Assembly (NCBI GenBank): GCA_001949185.1
Contig: BDGG01000004.1
Location: forward strand, 3,107,267-3,171,266
From: Ramazzottius varieornatus
Lineage: Eukaryota; Animalia; Tardigrada
DNA: 64,000 nucleotides
Reading direction: 5' to 3'
Made by a program: the position numbers and the translations under genes. Positions 1 to 13,407 of this stretch are shown here, in pieces. The first letter of the stretch is position 1; each line of letters begins with the position of its first letter. The notes under the pieces were generated by a model. The model ran no database searches. It was given only the letters and a program-made list of their open reading frames with translations, and was not told the origin of the DNA.

Positions 1-1716
1 TGGTCATGATTTCAGGAGTGACCGCTGCAGTACATTTCTTGAGCTCCATGAGCTCGGAGAACTTGGAAAAGGTGGAAAGCTGATAAAAAAGATCTGCGGA
101 CCGATCACCAAATACGTTTCATCAGGTACTGCAGTCCTGCTTGACTTTTGGTCCACCTGTTTGATACGAATGTAATGTTCTGTTTCTACGTAGATCCTAA
201 GAGTTTGGAAGAGTACTCTTCCGCTCCGGGAAGAACGCTTCTGCTGACTTTCAATTCGAAGGAGGGAAATCAGATTTTGGGAAAGACCTCCGAGTGGATA
301 AGTGGCCGTTTTCAGTTTCGGAACGGTAAGTGATCACCAAACGATTTCTTTGGTCACTATGCAAAACATTTTTGCTCTCGACAACGTTTTGTGTAATCTG
401 TGGAGTTGTACACCTTTTAGATCGAATCATGGGAACAAAAGTGCTCAACACGGTCTGTGATGTATCCTACGAGGACGACGAGGGACTTGAACCACGAGCG
501 GGAGCCCTTACCGTCCGTGCCGGTGATAACGACGGCGAACCGTTTTGGCATTCTTCTAGTGCCACGGTCGAATGCCTTTACAACTTTAGCTCCAGGAAGA
601 ACCGTAGTATATCGGTGACCATAAACCACGGCATACTCGTCAAGTGAGTATGAAGCCCTTTGACAGGTTCGATTGCCTTATATTCCCAAATTTACACGCA
701 AATCTATTTTAGGCCAGGCGAAGAGTCGAGATATTGGCAGTGCAAGACAGAATGTGACAAAAGTGGGTGCCGGTGTTTGCTCGGAACGAAGAAGAAACAA
801 TTCGTCGCCCTCAACGAGATCTTCCACATATCCATCTTCAACCTGGCGGGTATAGAACTTTCCTGCCTGTGCGGAGACCTGACGGATCTCTTGCCTGTCA
901 GCGTCTTGAGCTCTGGAGGAGTATTAGTGCGGTACAACAAACTGGGTCTTCCATCAGACGACTCCAACGTGCAAGGGTTCACCGCTTCCTACAAATTCCG
1001 AGATCGCTTCTACGGTAATGTAACACCAAATTTCGGAGAAACCCCTTGTCGAATGCTTTTTCGTATGTTGATAGACTGTGCGCAGACTACGCGAAGCCAA
1101 GCACAAGGTATACTCTATGTCGCGTTGAAGAGGAACCTCTCATCGTCAGAATACGTCCATGTCCAGTGCGACTGGACAATTGAAGTGTCGTCCGAAAAAT
1201 TCCTCTCGATTGATGTACGGCTGCTGGACGCTCTATCCAAGGTCGCTGCTAACAAATCCGCTTCCGGTGGGTGTTTCTTACCATCTCGACACGTTACCTC
1301 CAAATGTCAGGCCGCTGGTCAACGCATGATTTCTCCAGGTTCTTCGTGCTCGGCTAAAAATACGGTGAAACTCTTCACTTCCCCGTCACAGCGCGCTAAA
1401 GATAAAGGGATTGAAATGTGCCAAAGTAACATGGTGACGGTGAACACCCATAAGCTCTCCATCAGGCTGACCGCTACTGGGCGACAGCTGAAACATCGCA
1501 TATTGTGGCGGGAAACTGACCCCAAAGCATCTGTCACTTCGTTATGCAATACATTAGGTAATAAAATGCACTAAATTCTCAGCGGCTGGTTCAGGAATGT
1601 GAATTGTACTGTTAACCTGTGGGCTCTTTTTTCCAGGCTGCCGGCTGGACTGGCCAATGCTAGTGTGCATCGCTGTCCCGGTTCTCTGGAGCTCTTTACA
1701 TGGTTTCAACTATTGA
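1..1716 (+). CDS. CUB-domain extracellular protein, 3' part (5' end outside window), multi-exon, with hydrophobic C-terminal tail (GPI-signal or TM-like)
   Basis: Exons ~1-125, 193-325, 421-643, ~712-1013, ~1076-1557 and 1638-1716 are bounded by GT-AG. CUB-like motifs: C-ST-FLELHE...LIKKICG, RTLLLTF, LCGD...VLSSGGVLVRY...QGFTASYKF, VQCDWTIEVSSEKFLSIDV. The last exon reads GCRLDWPMLVCIAVPVLWSSLHGFNY*. Confidence 0.7.
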
Positions 1717-2635
1717 GGTCACTCTTGTGCACTTCGGGAGACACCTCTGGACCAAATTCTATTGACCAAACGAAAAAGTTGTCAGTATTCTCAAATCTGT
1801 GATCTTGCTTTTGCGGCTTGCCTGACTGGGCGTCTTGTTGCTCAATAAATGATTTTTCGGTCCATCGTTGCTGTTGCTGTTCCTCCCCTTTCCGGTACAG
1901 TCTACGAACAAGGAAAGAAGAACTTACGATAAATTCAGTGTTCTGCCAAGGTTCACTGACTGAAGTGTGTGCTTTACGTTGAGTGCTTGCCGACCGGTAG
2001 AGAAGTGAGGAACTCCAGAGCGGAAATGACTCCGAAAAGGTTTTGACGTCAGTCCGTATCATCGTGTAATCTGTGTCATGCCATGCACGTAATGAACGTT
2101 CGGCCGTACACGCAGTAGGTAAGCAGCTCGCCCACACGGCGTCTACCGAACTGGCTCGCAAGCTAGACCAGATGTTTATCACAAGCGATCCCATTGAGCA
2201 GTAAACTCCGAAGTCTCATTGAAGTCTCTTGGACAAGATCTCATTACATGTCTTTCAGTCCTTGCCAATAGAATGAATCTAGATCTGGCCACCGAGGCAT
2301 TTCTTCAAGACTTCTGTCGGGCATAACAGAGCTTCTCACTTCACTCGGTAAGTCTCTGCTGTCAGTAGATCCTCGAAAGACTGGATGCCAGTTTCATCCC
2401 TCGCTACTCCACACCATTACCTTATCGTTTGACTTGACCATTTGGGAAGAACCGGATGGGTTCCGGATTAACGGGACATACTGAGCTGGATTCTCGAGCT
2501 GGATGCTGAGTTAAAGCGTGATTCGCGACAGGTAAAAAGCTAGCGTGCATGTCTTTGCAGGTATGGGAAGATTGGCTCTCGTGCCTTTCTGACTACGGTG
2601 CCCTCGTATGTCTCTTTATATGTTTGTCTTGCAGG

Positions 2636-3504
2636 ATGGGTCTACAACTGTCCCACCTGAAAGAGTGTCGCAAGCGCCATCGGGAGCCCAAGTTTCAGGT
2701 TGTCGCATACTGCAACGGTGTTCACCAAGGGATCGGGAAACTGCAGATAGCGGACGGCAAGATTGTCCTGTACCAGAAAGGCGTGGACAAGCTGGTCTGG
2801 CCGATCCCGTGTCTCCGTCGATACGGAAGCGATAAGCCGCACCTCTTCTCCTTCGAGAGCGGACGACGCTGCGAAACTGGCCCGGCCACATACACGTTCG
2901 AAATGAAGAACCCAGACGTCATTTTGGAAAAAGTGCGGCTGATTGCGGAAGAGATAAAGATGGCTGACGAGGAAGCTCGACGAAGCACGGGGACGATCCA
3001 TCAGAAAGCTGGTGAATGGGTTCCTCCTCTCCCACCACGTCCGGGAAGCGTTCCAGGACCTGCTAGACCTTACCAGAACTGTGACGAACATGGTAACGTT
3101 CTGCCGATGGTGAATGTGGAGGAAGTTTTCTACGCCCAGGTAATAGTCTATGATATCACCCTTTCGTCGATCAGATTTCACTTTGGACTGTTTTTCAGGT
3201 TCAAATTAACTCGGCAGCCTCTTCGGACAAGTCTACTCCACCGTCGGGGCTCTCGGGCCATCCAGACTACGACGTTCCCAAGTCTCCCCGAAGTATTTTC
3301 CAGCAGCCGCCGCCTACAGAGCTAAGGAGTTCGTCTTCATCTACGATGACGAAAAGTCCTTCTCCTGCTTCGTCGCGAGAAGATGTGACAGGAAATTTCA
3401 GTTCTCAAACGGTTGTTCACAAGAGTTGTCAGGAACCAGTGAGCTACACTACGATTGACCGTGCCAAGACGGAAGCCATTGCCAACCTTGGAGCTCGCTC
3501 ATGA
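2636..3504 (+). CDS. FRS2: FRS2/DOK-family IRS-type PTB adaptor protein (~269 aa, 2 coding exons 2636-3139 and 3199-3504)
   Basis: PTB signature WPIPCLRRYGSDKPHLFSFESGRRCETGPATYTF; N-terminal MGxxxS myristoylation-like start; YQN motif; C-terminal YTTIDRAKTEAI resembles the FRS2 SHP2-binding tail. Confidence 0.8.
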
Positions 3505-4080
3505 TTTCCGGATCTTCCAGAAATGTGAAGAAGAGGTCGTCCTGCATCAGGAGCTTGTGTCATTCCTTCCACTTTTCAATAGGTATTAAGTAATATATAT
3601 CTTTTTGTTATTAGCACTACCTTAACCATGATTGCACGATTTTTTGTTGAAAACTATGAGATAAAAATGGGTTTTTTGTTCACCGCATGATTTCTTACTG
3701 TATCCCTCTTGTTAGTTCCAAACCTCGTTCTTTAACTTTAGCTTTCCGCTTTGTGTTTCGCACGGTGTTGTTCGCCTGTTTCATTCTCTGATGTGACCGT
3801 AAGCGTGCCCTCTGGGACTCCTTAGTCCTTACTTTGTAGAGGTTTCTCAAAAGGTCGAAATACAAAATCCATCGAGTACGTTAATAACATTGAAACTGCG
3901 ATACTCTTTCCGATCGCATCCTTGTCGAAAGATCAATCAACCATGCCACTGATGCCAATGGTCTGCAACCATTCCAGCATGTCAAGATGCTTCTGCGTCT
4001 TTCTATTTGCTTCATGCAGGTTGCAGAACATCTTCCTGTGGACGACTTTCCTTCGTTTCTGTACCTAGACTAATAGCAAG

Positions 4081-5229
4081 ATGGCGTCTCAAGCAACGTT
4101 TGTCAAAGGACCCAAGGGAAGTTACGCCATACTGGATAAGAAGTATATGTTCGTCGTCAATCGCAAGGAGCCGCTGCAGAATGTCCAGTATTGGCGATGT
4201 CGGAGATTCCTCAAGAACAGCAAAGAAAAGAGCTGTCCTGCTTCTATCGTGATGGACATGGATGGATACGTCAAAAACACGTCCAAAGCTCTCCATAATC
4301 ATCCACCCGATCCGGAGGGCGTCCAGGCTACGATTGAAGCAGCCGAAGCATACGGTATGGTCACAACTGTATCTAGCACTGTCGTGCTCTCTTCAGTTTT
4401 CGCTCTGTACGTACCAAAAAGAATGAATTGGTGCTTATCGATTACAGACTCGGACGAAGAGCGACAGAAAAAACTCGACAAACTACTCGAAAAGGATGAG
4501 AAGAGAAAGAATAAACAACGCAAACAATCCGAAGAACGTACAACAAAGAACTTACCCAAGCTACCACCAAAAAGAACATATCAAACTCAGAAGGTGAAAG
4601 ATCAAGCAGCGATGCGACTAGAAACCGTGCTTGCTACACAGGAGCTGGAACAAGGTAAGTCATTCCGCGAAGTCGCTGCAATGTTGGGATATACAAAGAC
4701 GCTCGAAGCCAATCTCCACAAGGAATACAGACCTCCGACTCCTCCACTTCCGCCCAAGAAGAAACTCAAGCAGACACAGCGTCAACAAGAAGCCGAGGAC
4801 AAGAAGTTCGGCACTGGTCAGAACGAAGTCCTTGCTCGTTACGTTACCCAAATGTCTTACGACACTTCGAAGCAAATCTCAGAGTCTTTGAAGAACTTGG
4901 GCATCATGGAACTGACGCCGGCGCAAGTTGTGGGAAGGCTGCACACGTTAGGGTTCGAAAGAATCATAGAAACGAATGAGATTACAGGGAAGGGTGTTTA
5001 CCGTTGGTTTCATAGCAAGCCCAGCAAGCAGGAAGTCACTGCTACACAGGTCGTCGAGGCAGTGGCGGAACAGATATGCAAGAAGATGAAACCTATCCGT
5101 CCCAACCCGTTCCCTGATGGAGCTCCCAAGCCCACCCTTGCGTCAGAAGTACCATCAAGAGCCTCCAGACTTCTGGCTGCAACGCCAGTTCTTCCAAACA
5201 ATCCCATGCATATCCTTTTGCCTCAGTAG
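4081..5229 (+). CDS. FLYWCH zinc-finger protein with C-terminal Tc1/IS630-like bipartite HTH; probable 93-nt in-frame intron 4355-4447
   Basis: FLYWCH pattern FVKGPKGSYAILDKKYMF...QYWRCRR...CPASI...HNHPPD. HTH-like GKSFREVAAMLGYTKT and TSKQISESLKNLGIMELTPAQVVGRLHTLGF. The GTATGG...TTACAG intron removes an odd hydrophobic stretch. Confidence 0.7.
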   Translation: MASQATFVKGPKGSYAILDKKYMFVVNRKEPLQNVQYWRCRRFLKNSKEKSCPASIVMDMDGYVKNTSKALHNHPPDPEGVQATIEAAEAYGMVTTVSSTVVLSSVFALYVPKRMNWCLSITDSDEERQKKLDKLLEKDEKRKNKQRKQSEERTTKNLPKLPPKRTYQTQKVKDQAAMRLETVLATQELEQGKSFREVAAMLGYTKTLEANLHKEYRPPTPPLPPKKKLKQTQRQQEAEDKKFGTGQNEVLARYVTQMSYDTSKQISESLKNLGIMELTPAQVVGRLHTLGFERIIETNEITGKGVYRWFHSKPSKQEVTATQVVEAVAEQICKKMKPIRPNPFPDGAPKPTLASEVPSRASRLLAATPVLPNNPMHILLPQ

Positions 5230-5815
5230 AATAGTATCATCTCTCGTGTGTTCGCGGAAATGAGACTTAACGTTCAAGTTTTGAACATGTTATGAGTTCG
5301 TTTGCTAACTGACTTCGATCGACTCGAAGTTTCTCACTACGCACTCCACATTTCCTACGATAGAGGAAAGAGGAAAATATTCTTTTCGTGCAGTTTGGCT
5401 TCAGCAACACCACAAATGTCGTCCGCGCACACGAAAAACTTGAAAATTCGATTTCGAACTGTCATGGACCACATTAGCTTGTTTTACCAATCATCACCGT
5501 GAAGATCACGAAAATACTGAAAACAGAAGAAAAGATTTAAACTGGTTGATCAAGTCCGAAAAACGACTTGTAACGTCAGAAAAGAGTTGCCACCTCGAAT
5601 AAGTAACAGTACAACGCGGAGGCTAAAGGCTTCGGAAATGGAATGGTAGAAGATTCACAAAGAGAGGTTTGCGCCGCAAAAAAGACATCCCTTCCGGTGG
5701 CGGTCAAACTGGACCGTTCCTCAAAATGCAAAAGTCAACAAAGATCAAAGTACAGTACATAAAAAGTTGTAAGACAGAAAAACTCCTAGGTACTTCAACA
5801 ACAAAGGCTCCTTCA

Positions 5816-8792
5816 TCAAGAACTGGGAGATTTCGACCGTAGTGTCAGAGGATGATACCTCTCCGTCTCGCTAGCCCACGAAGCGCGGGTTCGTGTGGAC
5901 AGGTCCGTAGCGTAACGAGACATGAGAGGTGACTCTCTGTTATCTCTGGAAGTATCGTGACTGGAACAGGAGATGGAGCTTCGGTCGTTGAGCAGTCGAT
6001 CATCACAGCTCGAAGTAGGAACACTAGTGCAGCTTTGCTCGATATCTAGATCGTACAACGATCGCTGGACAGGCGCTAAGAACCATTCAGAACGTGTGCG
6101 CATCCGAGCGACTTGGCGTTCGTGAACGATGGGCAGGAATGAAAGACTGCGAGTGGCTTCGGCGTGATTGTTCACTTCCTTCAGCTCGGCAAACCCCGTA
6201 CTTGGTCCATCGGACACACTCGTTACGTCCCATTTCTCCACGTATGCGGCGGGACCAACGCTGGAATGCTAAAACAAACGGAACCTTCATGCCAACACTT
6301 TCTCAGCAAAGCTAGTCGAACTGGGCAAAGCCTTGCAAAACTGCTATGTACTAGTCTAATGTACCAAGCACTAACTGACCTGGCCAAAACTTCCGTGATC
6401 ACTGGCAGACGTGACAATCTTGGGAAGGACTGCCTGACCTTCGGGGTCAGAAGAAATTCCAAGAGCTTCGTCTGAACCAGAAAAGTCTGGAAAGGTTACG
6501 TGGTACTTTCCATAAGACCAAGAATATTATATATAAACATTTCGACATAATGATAAACTTCTGAATTTCGAGAACTACAGCTTACATTCGTTGTTCATGG
6601 CCATACCCCATTTCAGGGCTTCCAGCTGCAGGTAGCTCTGCTTGTGCGCAAGTCTGTTTTCTGTGAACGAAAACAATATGTGTCGATGAAGAAGCTCGAA
6701 ATAACATGAACACGCAGCAAAGGGACGAGGAAAATGAAAGAAAACTAACGATTTATCCGCAAGGTCGCCAGCTGTAGCCTTTCGTGAGGGTAATTGAACG
6801 CGAAGATCCAATCGTCGTCTACTCGGAGGACTCTTCCAGTGATCTTGGCGTAGTATTCGTAATTCTCCCGACCAAACAAGTCGCCCAAAGCAAAGTTGTC
6901 GATCAAAAACGTGATGATCTTCGATGCCATTCTGCAAAGTCATCACAAACGTCTAGTTTCAGAAATCGAGGCGGAAACGTGGAACTGCCTACTTGTAGCG
7001 TTGAATGTCTTCAACGCTAATTTGTTTCGTGGTTGGTCCTGCACAAGACATGAAGAAGCTGGGTGCCACGCTGACGCCCAGTGCCTCGGAAGACATTCCA
7101 GACACACCGCCATTTTCTGCGTGCATCGCGATGACGCGGAATGTACCAAACAACAACACCAGCAGTCTTTGTACCGGCACAGACAACCCTTGTATCAGCC
7201 TGAAAGATCAAGAGTGTTAAAACTCGTGCACCAAGACTGTCGTTGCATCAGTTGAAGAGGTTTCTATCTACCGGTGAGCTTGGAGTCTCTGTTCGTTCGG
7301 GTCCGACAACTGCACAATCTCGAAGAGCCGATCTTCAGCTTGTTCTCCAAAGATGCCGCCTGGAAGCTTGCGTAAGAACTTCTGTAAGGACACAAGCAGA
7401 AATAGTTCACACAAAAGATCAAATAAACAAAGACGAAGGCTACAGACATAGTTGGTCAATGAGAGGAGCCGAGGTCGTCGCAAAGACTTACTTTGAGGAC
7501 AGAGGCAATGGTATAGACCGAGTAATGTTCAATGTTGACAAGGCGTCCGGTCTGCAGAAAGTGCGTCAGTTTCTTGATGTTGCCCTGATGACCCGGCGCC
7601 CGAAAGACATCCTTCTTGTAAGGGCCTTGTTTGTTGATTTTGAGAATCAATACCTGAAAGAAGTCATCACATCATAAATAACGGAACAGTGAAACAGCCG
7701 GCATCACTTTGCCTTGCATAACTAGTGTGACAAGCAACAACTGAACGAAATAACTCTTCACTAAATAACTGGCAGACGTTCAAGAATCGGGAGAGCCATA
7801 TTTCAACCGCAAAGACCGTCTGCCTTGGCGTCACTACTCAGCTGCGGCTAAATGAGTTACATGTGGAGATATTGCTGAACAGGCAAATCGAGCTCCTTGG
7901 CAAAAGAATTAAGAACACAGTAATTATTAGCCGGGTAATTAGTGTAGGATTACGAGACGGCAACATACCAATCCTGCAACCAGCAGCGTCTAGTTACAGC
8001 AAGATCTATCGAAGCAACTACCGACAGGTAATCAAGGACTGCACTGAAGGTATCCTCAAATTCCTCACTCACGACACGCGAGAAAAATCAACATACGATA
8101 GTCCAGAGAAACGTGGGCTTTAAATGGCTTACTGCAGTCTGATCATCGATCGTGTTCCACAGCACACGACCACTCTTCCCCTTTTTCTTCCCTGATGCAA
8201 GTCGCGCTTACTTGCAAGCCTTAACAAGTTGTCTTCAATATCCAGAGTCAACAAGCAAAACCAGGCTACCGGGAATAAAAAAACTTCCCCTGGACTAGAG
8301 CAATATAATTCAGAATTTCAATCTCAACTTGGTAAAATATAATTTCTGAAAAAAGTATCGAACTTACGAGTAAAGGCGCAGGTATGTCCGTCTTGCAGAC
8401 TTGGTCCAGGGGTACTCCAAACTTGACTCTGAAGGAAAGACAATCCAAGGATTGGTGGGATGAAGACATATGAAGCAAGGACGAGAAGGCCATCATCCTT
8501 CTCATTTGGCCCCAGTCGCCATGCTGACCGCTCAAAATGTTCAACCAGAGCTCGAAGTCCAACAAGCTCAATTAGACGCTCGATGCGTCAACTGCAGTGA
8601 CCGCAGAGACGCACAAAAAGCTCGGACAAAATGCGCAAAGATAGCGAGAGGAAGTACTAAGCGGCAGACAAGTAATTAAAGCTCTTACTTTTCAAAGCGT
8701 TTGGGATAAGGATCGTGTGAATGACCACAGTTGGTGACTGCTTGCCGCATGGTTTCAGCTCGGCGGTGAACTCGGCTAGTCCACGATGTCAT
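5816..8792 (-). CDS. Invertebrate RhoGAP-domain protein (ARHGAP20-like family), ~9 coding exons
   Basis: Spliced translation: MTSW...RFEKVKFGVPLDQVCKTDIPAPLL|VLILKINKQGPYKKDVFRAPGHQGNIKKL (arginine finger)...YTIASVLK|KFLRKLPGGIFG...GMSSEALGVSVAPSFF...IITFLIDNF...ATRSLSFLPIVHERQVARMRTRSEWFL. Intron phases are consistent. Confidence 0.85.
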
Positions 8793-11496
8793 AGCAATAA
8801 CAGACGTACCAGCAGCAGCAGCCCTCTTCCGCCACTTACTTCCGCCGGTCGATGCAGTAGCCGAATATACCCCACGTCACTCAGCGCACTTCCCATCGAT
8901 CGAGCGATGTCTTGGCGGTGAATCCCTTTTCCGTCACTATACGGGCAGCAAATAAAGTTTCCGCCTCTTTCCTGCTACAGTCTGCAATGACACACCAGAA
9001 GGAACTTATATACTGCAAGTACGCTTCCCCTTCAGACGCCCACTGACGTCAAGTTCCACCCAAGTGCTCTTTACTCAAGAAGCAACTTCAACTCACGCAG
9101 TATCGTCTTTCTTCTTCACTCACCCTCTCACCAATCGGTACGGCGCGAAAGCAAGGTTTCCAGACAGTTATTGAGATATCACGAAGACGACGCGTCGTAA
9201 AGCGAACATGGCCCGAAACTGTGCACTTCAGGTTCGCGTTTATATTGGATAAGGGGCAATTAGACTCCTTTCAGAAAGTTTCTCTCGGAGACTTCGCCAC
9301 CTGCAAAAAACACGAAGTTCAGTCATATGACAAGTTAATCTATATGCAAGCGGATCTATAATGTGCCGTGTTTGTAATGAAACACCGGGCGCATTTGATA
9401 GCGTTAAACACACAGCGAAGCGCTTTCAGTCGGTGCGAAAAACCTCTTTTGCATTTCGCAACGACCTCCAAAATCCGTTCGAACAACTGAGTAAATATTC
9501 ATTTCTTTAAAGAAACCACTATCTAATGATAAGGTAGATCAATATTTTGATGTTATTCTTTGCCGTTCTTTCGCACTTCACAGTATATTGTCCAGCTCGA
9601 AAAACATACCAAGAAAAATACTTCACCTGTCGGCGTAATAACGAAATTCGTCACAATGAATACGATGCTCAAGAAATTTCATAAGAAAAGATGATTCGTC
9701 ATTGTTGACTATTGGGGCATTTAAGACGGCAATGAAGATTGCAACGGCGAACGCCCAGAGACATTAGGTGAAAATATTAACCATCAAGGTTGGCTCGTCA
9801 GTCGTTTCAGAACGTAAGACTAATCATTTTGCATCGCATCAACAGCGCTCGTCGACGGAAAACCCTGAAGATTAAAACAAGCATACTTTCCATAAAACAT
9901 CCTTGTCAGCATGTCGGCGTGACAGCAATAACACTATTTGCCGAGGAGCGCATAATGATATAGTGACAGGTGAAGTAGGGTTTCTTGTCAACATTATTAA
10001 CCGGTGCAATGCAAGTAATGCCAAGAGTGAAAGAGACAAGTCTGAGCACGTCTTTAACGTTGACTTACGAAGCGGTTGTCAGTCCAATGTTGTCGTTGGG
10101 CAGGTAGAGAGTAAGTGGCCAGGAAAGCACCTACATAGAAGAAAAGAACTCGATCAAGCTCATCATTCCCACTAGCCGTTAATCGCTCAACGCAACACTT
10201 TCGCCGCAAAACAAGATGGTCTCTCGCTCCGTTGCACTTGGACATTTGAAGCCCCGATCAGATATTTTTTCTATTTGGAACTAAACACGGTAATTGACAA
10301 TTGATTAGGAACAACGTACCTTGGTTGAAGACTCCAAATGTTACACTTGTTGTCGTGCAGAAAAGAGAAACCTGCGTCAAGATAAACTCGTTTTGAAGGT
10401 AACTCAGAATAGTCTGCTGGAGCCTGACGGAAATGTGAATGGCGATATACTCGACAGGCTGGTTCAGCTCGCGCGCGTCATTGTTCTCGAACGAGTGACC
10501 AACTGTTAAGCTAATCATAATAACAAACCTTGCCTCAAGGTAACAACTGTAATCATGTAACGTCTGAATCATCGTACCTGCGACATTCACAATCGACGGC
10601 CAAATCGGTGCCATCAGCTGTAAGCAAAAGCAGCACTTCCGTTGCGAAACTTGTGGATGACGAGCGTTCCAATGGTTCCGTCCGCGTAGCTCTTGTAATG
10701 CTTGTCTTCGGGCTTCGAATGGCCGATTCATGTCAACTATGTACCGAGGAAGAGGAGTTGTCTGCCGGAATAAGTAAACATAGGGTAAGGCTGGAAGATA
10801 CAATACTGAAGACGACGCTAGACGCCGAATCACAATCAGACCATTGTGATAGCAGGTCCAGTCATTCCAATAGGAAACTGGAGTGGCGAATTTCCCACAA
10901 AGATCTTACATCACATCCATGATCCGTCCAGGGTGATTCATCACCGTGCATCCAGTGATCCTCGATTCCCTACTGCCGACTTCGTGTTCCGATTTTTCAG
11001 ACCGGGAAATAGTCCACGTTGCAACAGGATCATGGGAAGAGTGGAAGAATGGACGATAAAATCGATACGACATGTACTACACCAGGGTGACTACACCGTC
11101 TACACGCCAGAAATTTGTACGAGCAAGCCAAGGAAGAAGTCAGGCTTGCGCGGACCTGTCGATTGATTCAGAATGTACCAGTTGATTGTGTCGATCTTCG
11201 CTTTGCATACTGCCAAACGGAAAATGGCAATGTGCCTCATGAAGAATTCTATTTATTCCAAAATATTTATTTGATTTTTGGAGTTTATCAGTTTCTTTCC
11301 TTTGTTATTGGGGTACATAGTGCATCCTCTCACCTCACAGTTTACCCGGATAGCCTGCATGTGCTTCTAGAACCTTCCGACGCAGACGGTATCACCCAAG
11401 TGTGCTAGTGAAGGTCATCGTGTGTGTTCGATCTTAGGAGCTTCGTCGGATCCAACATTTGTTTACCCTACGGATTGTTCCATCACCGTCGTCGCC

Positions 11497-13407
11497 ATGC
11501 CCGTCGATTACAGCAAGTGGAAGACTATCGAGGTATGTACCTCACTATCCTCACGGTACCTGCAAGGTTTTATGTTGGAAGAGGGAGCTTCGCGGCAAGG
11601 TTCACGCTGGGGTTCTCTTGTTCGATTAGGTGTCCGATGATGAGGACGATACCCATCCCAATGTGGACACTGGTAGCCTCTTCCGATGGCGTCACCAAGC
11701 TCGAGTCGAGCGTATGGACGAATTCCAGGAACGGAAAAAGAAGGCTCAAGACGAATACGATGCGTGAGTTTATTTTAAATCAATGGAGCAGTGGGGAATG
11801 TTTCTCCACCTGTCTCTTTGTTCATCGTAGCGCACGTAAAGAGGTGGAACGAAAGAAGGCTTCGCTGAAGGACAATAGTGCCGATGCAGCGAAAGCCGCC
11901 CTTGATGATGCTTTGAAAAGCGAAGCTGCTGCGAAAGACAAACTGGATGAAGTGCTAAAGGAGGAGAAGGTTTGTCCTAAAAGAACTGAAATTACTTCGC
12001 CAACTGGAGCGGATGAAACTACGATCGTCGAACTAACATCAGGTTCTATACAGATTTACGATTATAATTTATTCCGCTTAGAAACAAGCATGGAACGTCG
12101 ACACCATCTCCAAAGAACGTTTCAGCAAAACCATCATAAACAAGACCACTAAGCCGTCGAAGAACAATATGACGGAGGAAGAAAAGGAACAGCATTACGT
12201 AAGTTACGTTCCGCTAGTTGAGTCCTTGTGACATGAGTGTGCATGGCATCCTGAAGGGGATTTTGCGGTATTCCGTAGTTGGACTTCATTGAGAAAAACG
12301 AGACAGATATCAAGAAGTTCGCTTTTTTCCGGAACTACGACGACAGCAAAAACTTCCTGTCGGAACGTAGCCACCTGGTGTGCGAGGAGACAGCTAACTA
12401 CCTTGTCCTCATGTGTCTGAACCTCGAGATGGAAGGCGTAAGTCTCCTTCTGTTACATATGGTTCCTTGAGGAACCTAACATAGCTGTGAACATCACTGT
12501 TTTGACTTTCAATACTTGTTTAGAAAACTTCCCTGATGGAGCACGTGGCTCACCAGTCCATCGTGATGCAGTTCATCCTGGAGCTCGCCAAACAACTTGA
12601 TATCGATCCTCGCGCCTGCATTGGCTCCTTCTTCAGCCGGATCAAGCTGGCGGATAAGCAGTACAAGGACGCATTCAACGATGAATACACCGCATTCAAG
12701 CAACGTATTCAGGACCGCGCAAAAGTCAAAATTGAGCAGGCGTTGGCGGAACAGGAAGCGGTAATATAGCTGATTACTCGTGTTTTAATGTCGCATTCGT
12801 CACTTCCGGCTTACCGTAGAACCAGGCTTGAATTCACGATGGGTTGATAATTAAGCTTTGTTCCCTGGCTTCTGGCCCGCTTGTCGGTTTTTTCACTATT
12901 TTGTTCATGAATTCCCTAAAAACTGTCGTGCCTTTTTTGTCACCTCGAAAAACCAGGAAGTGGCTCTTAATTATCCCGACGCCCGGCAGATCGATACTCA
13001 TAGGGTTCTCATAAACTGTGCGGAGATGTTGCATGTGAATGCACATCTTACTGACAACTGTTTACTTTGCAGGAAGAAAGGCAAGCTCGGTTAGGTCCTG
13101 GTGGACTCGACCCTTTGGAAGTTATCGAAGAACTGCCTGAGGTACGATCGTTCGACGGCTCGACCATTATGACTTATGGACATAGAGCTCTGTGATCATA
13201 GTCGTCTTACTGGTCCTTGTTTTCGAGCAGGAACTTCGCAAGTGTTTCGAGAGCAGGGATACACAGCTCCTGAAAGATGTTCTGGCTAAGATGGACAAGC
13301 AAAAAGCTGTGGAGTACATGGATAAGTGTATCAAGTCCGGACTGTGGGTACCGGAAGGCGGAGAAGGGGACGATGCCAACAACAATATCGGAAACGAGAA
13401 CCGCTGA
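11497..13407 (+). CDS. CDC37: Hsp90 co-chaperone Cdc37, multi-exon
   Basis: [12 protein letters not shown]|[29 protein letters not shown]; [15 protein letters not shown]; [19 protein letters not shown]; [12 protein letters not shown]; CIKSGLWVP. Confidence 0.97.

Noticed and set aside
1706-2420. Minus-strand 162 aa ORF with stop-interrupted upstream extension as a pseudogene
   Set aside because: No recognisable domain; it overlaps the likely UTR/promoter regions of the flanking genes.
9300-10833. 191 aa minus-strand ORF and splice-like signals upstream of the RhoGAP
   Set aside because: No family motif and no coherent spliced CDS could be built; more likely 5'UTR or alternative exons.
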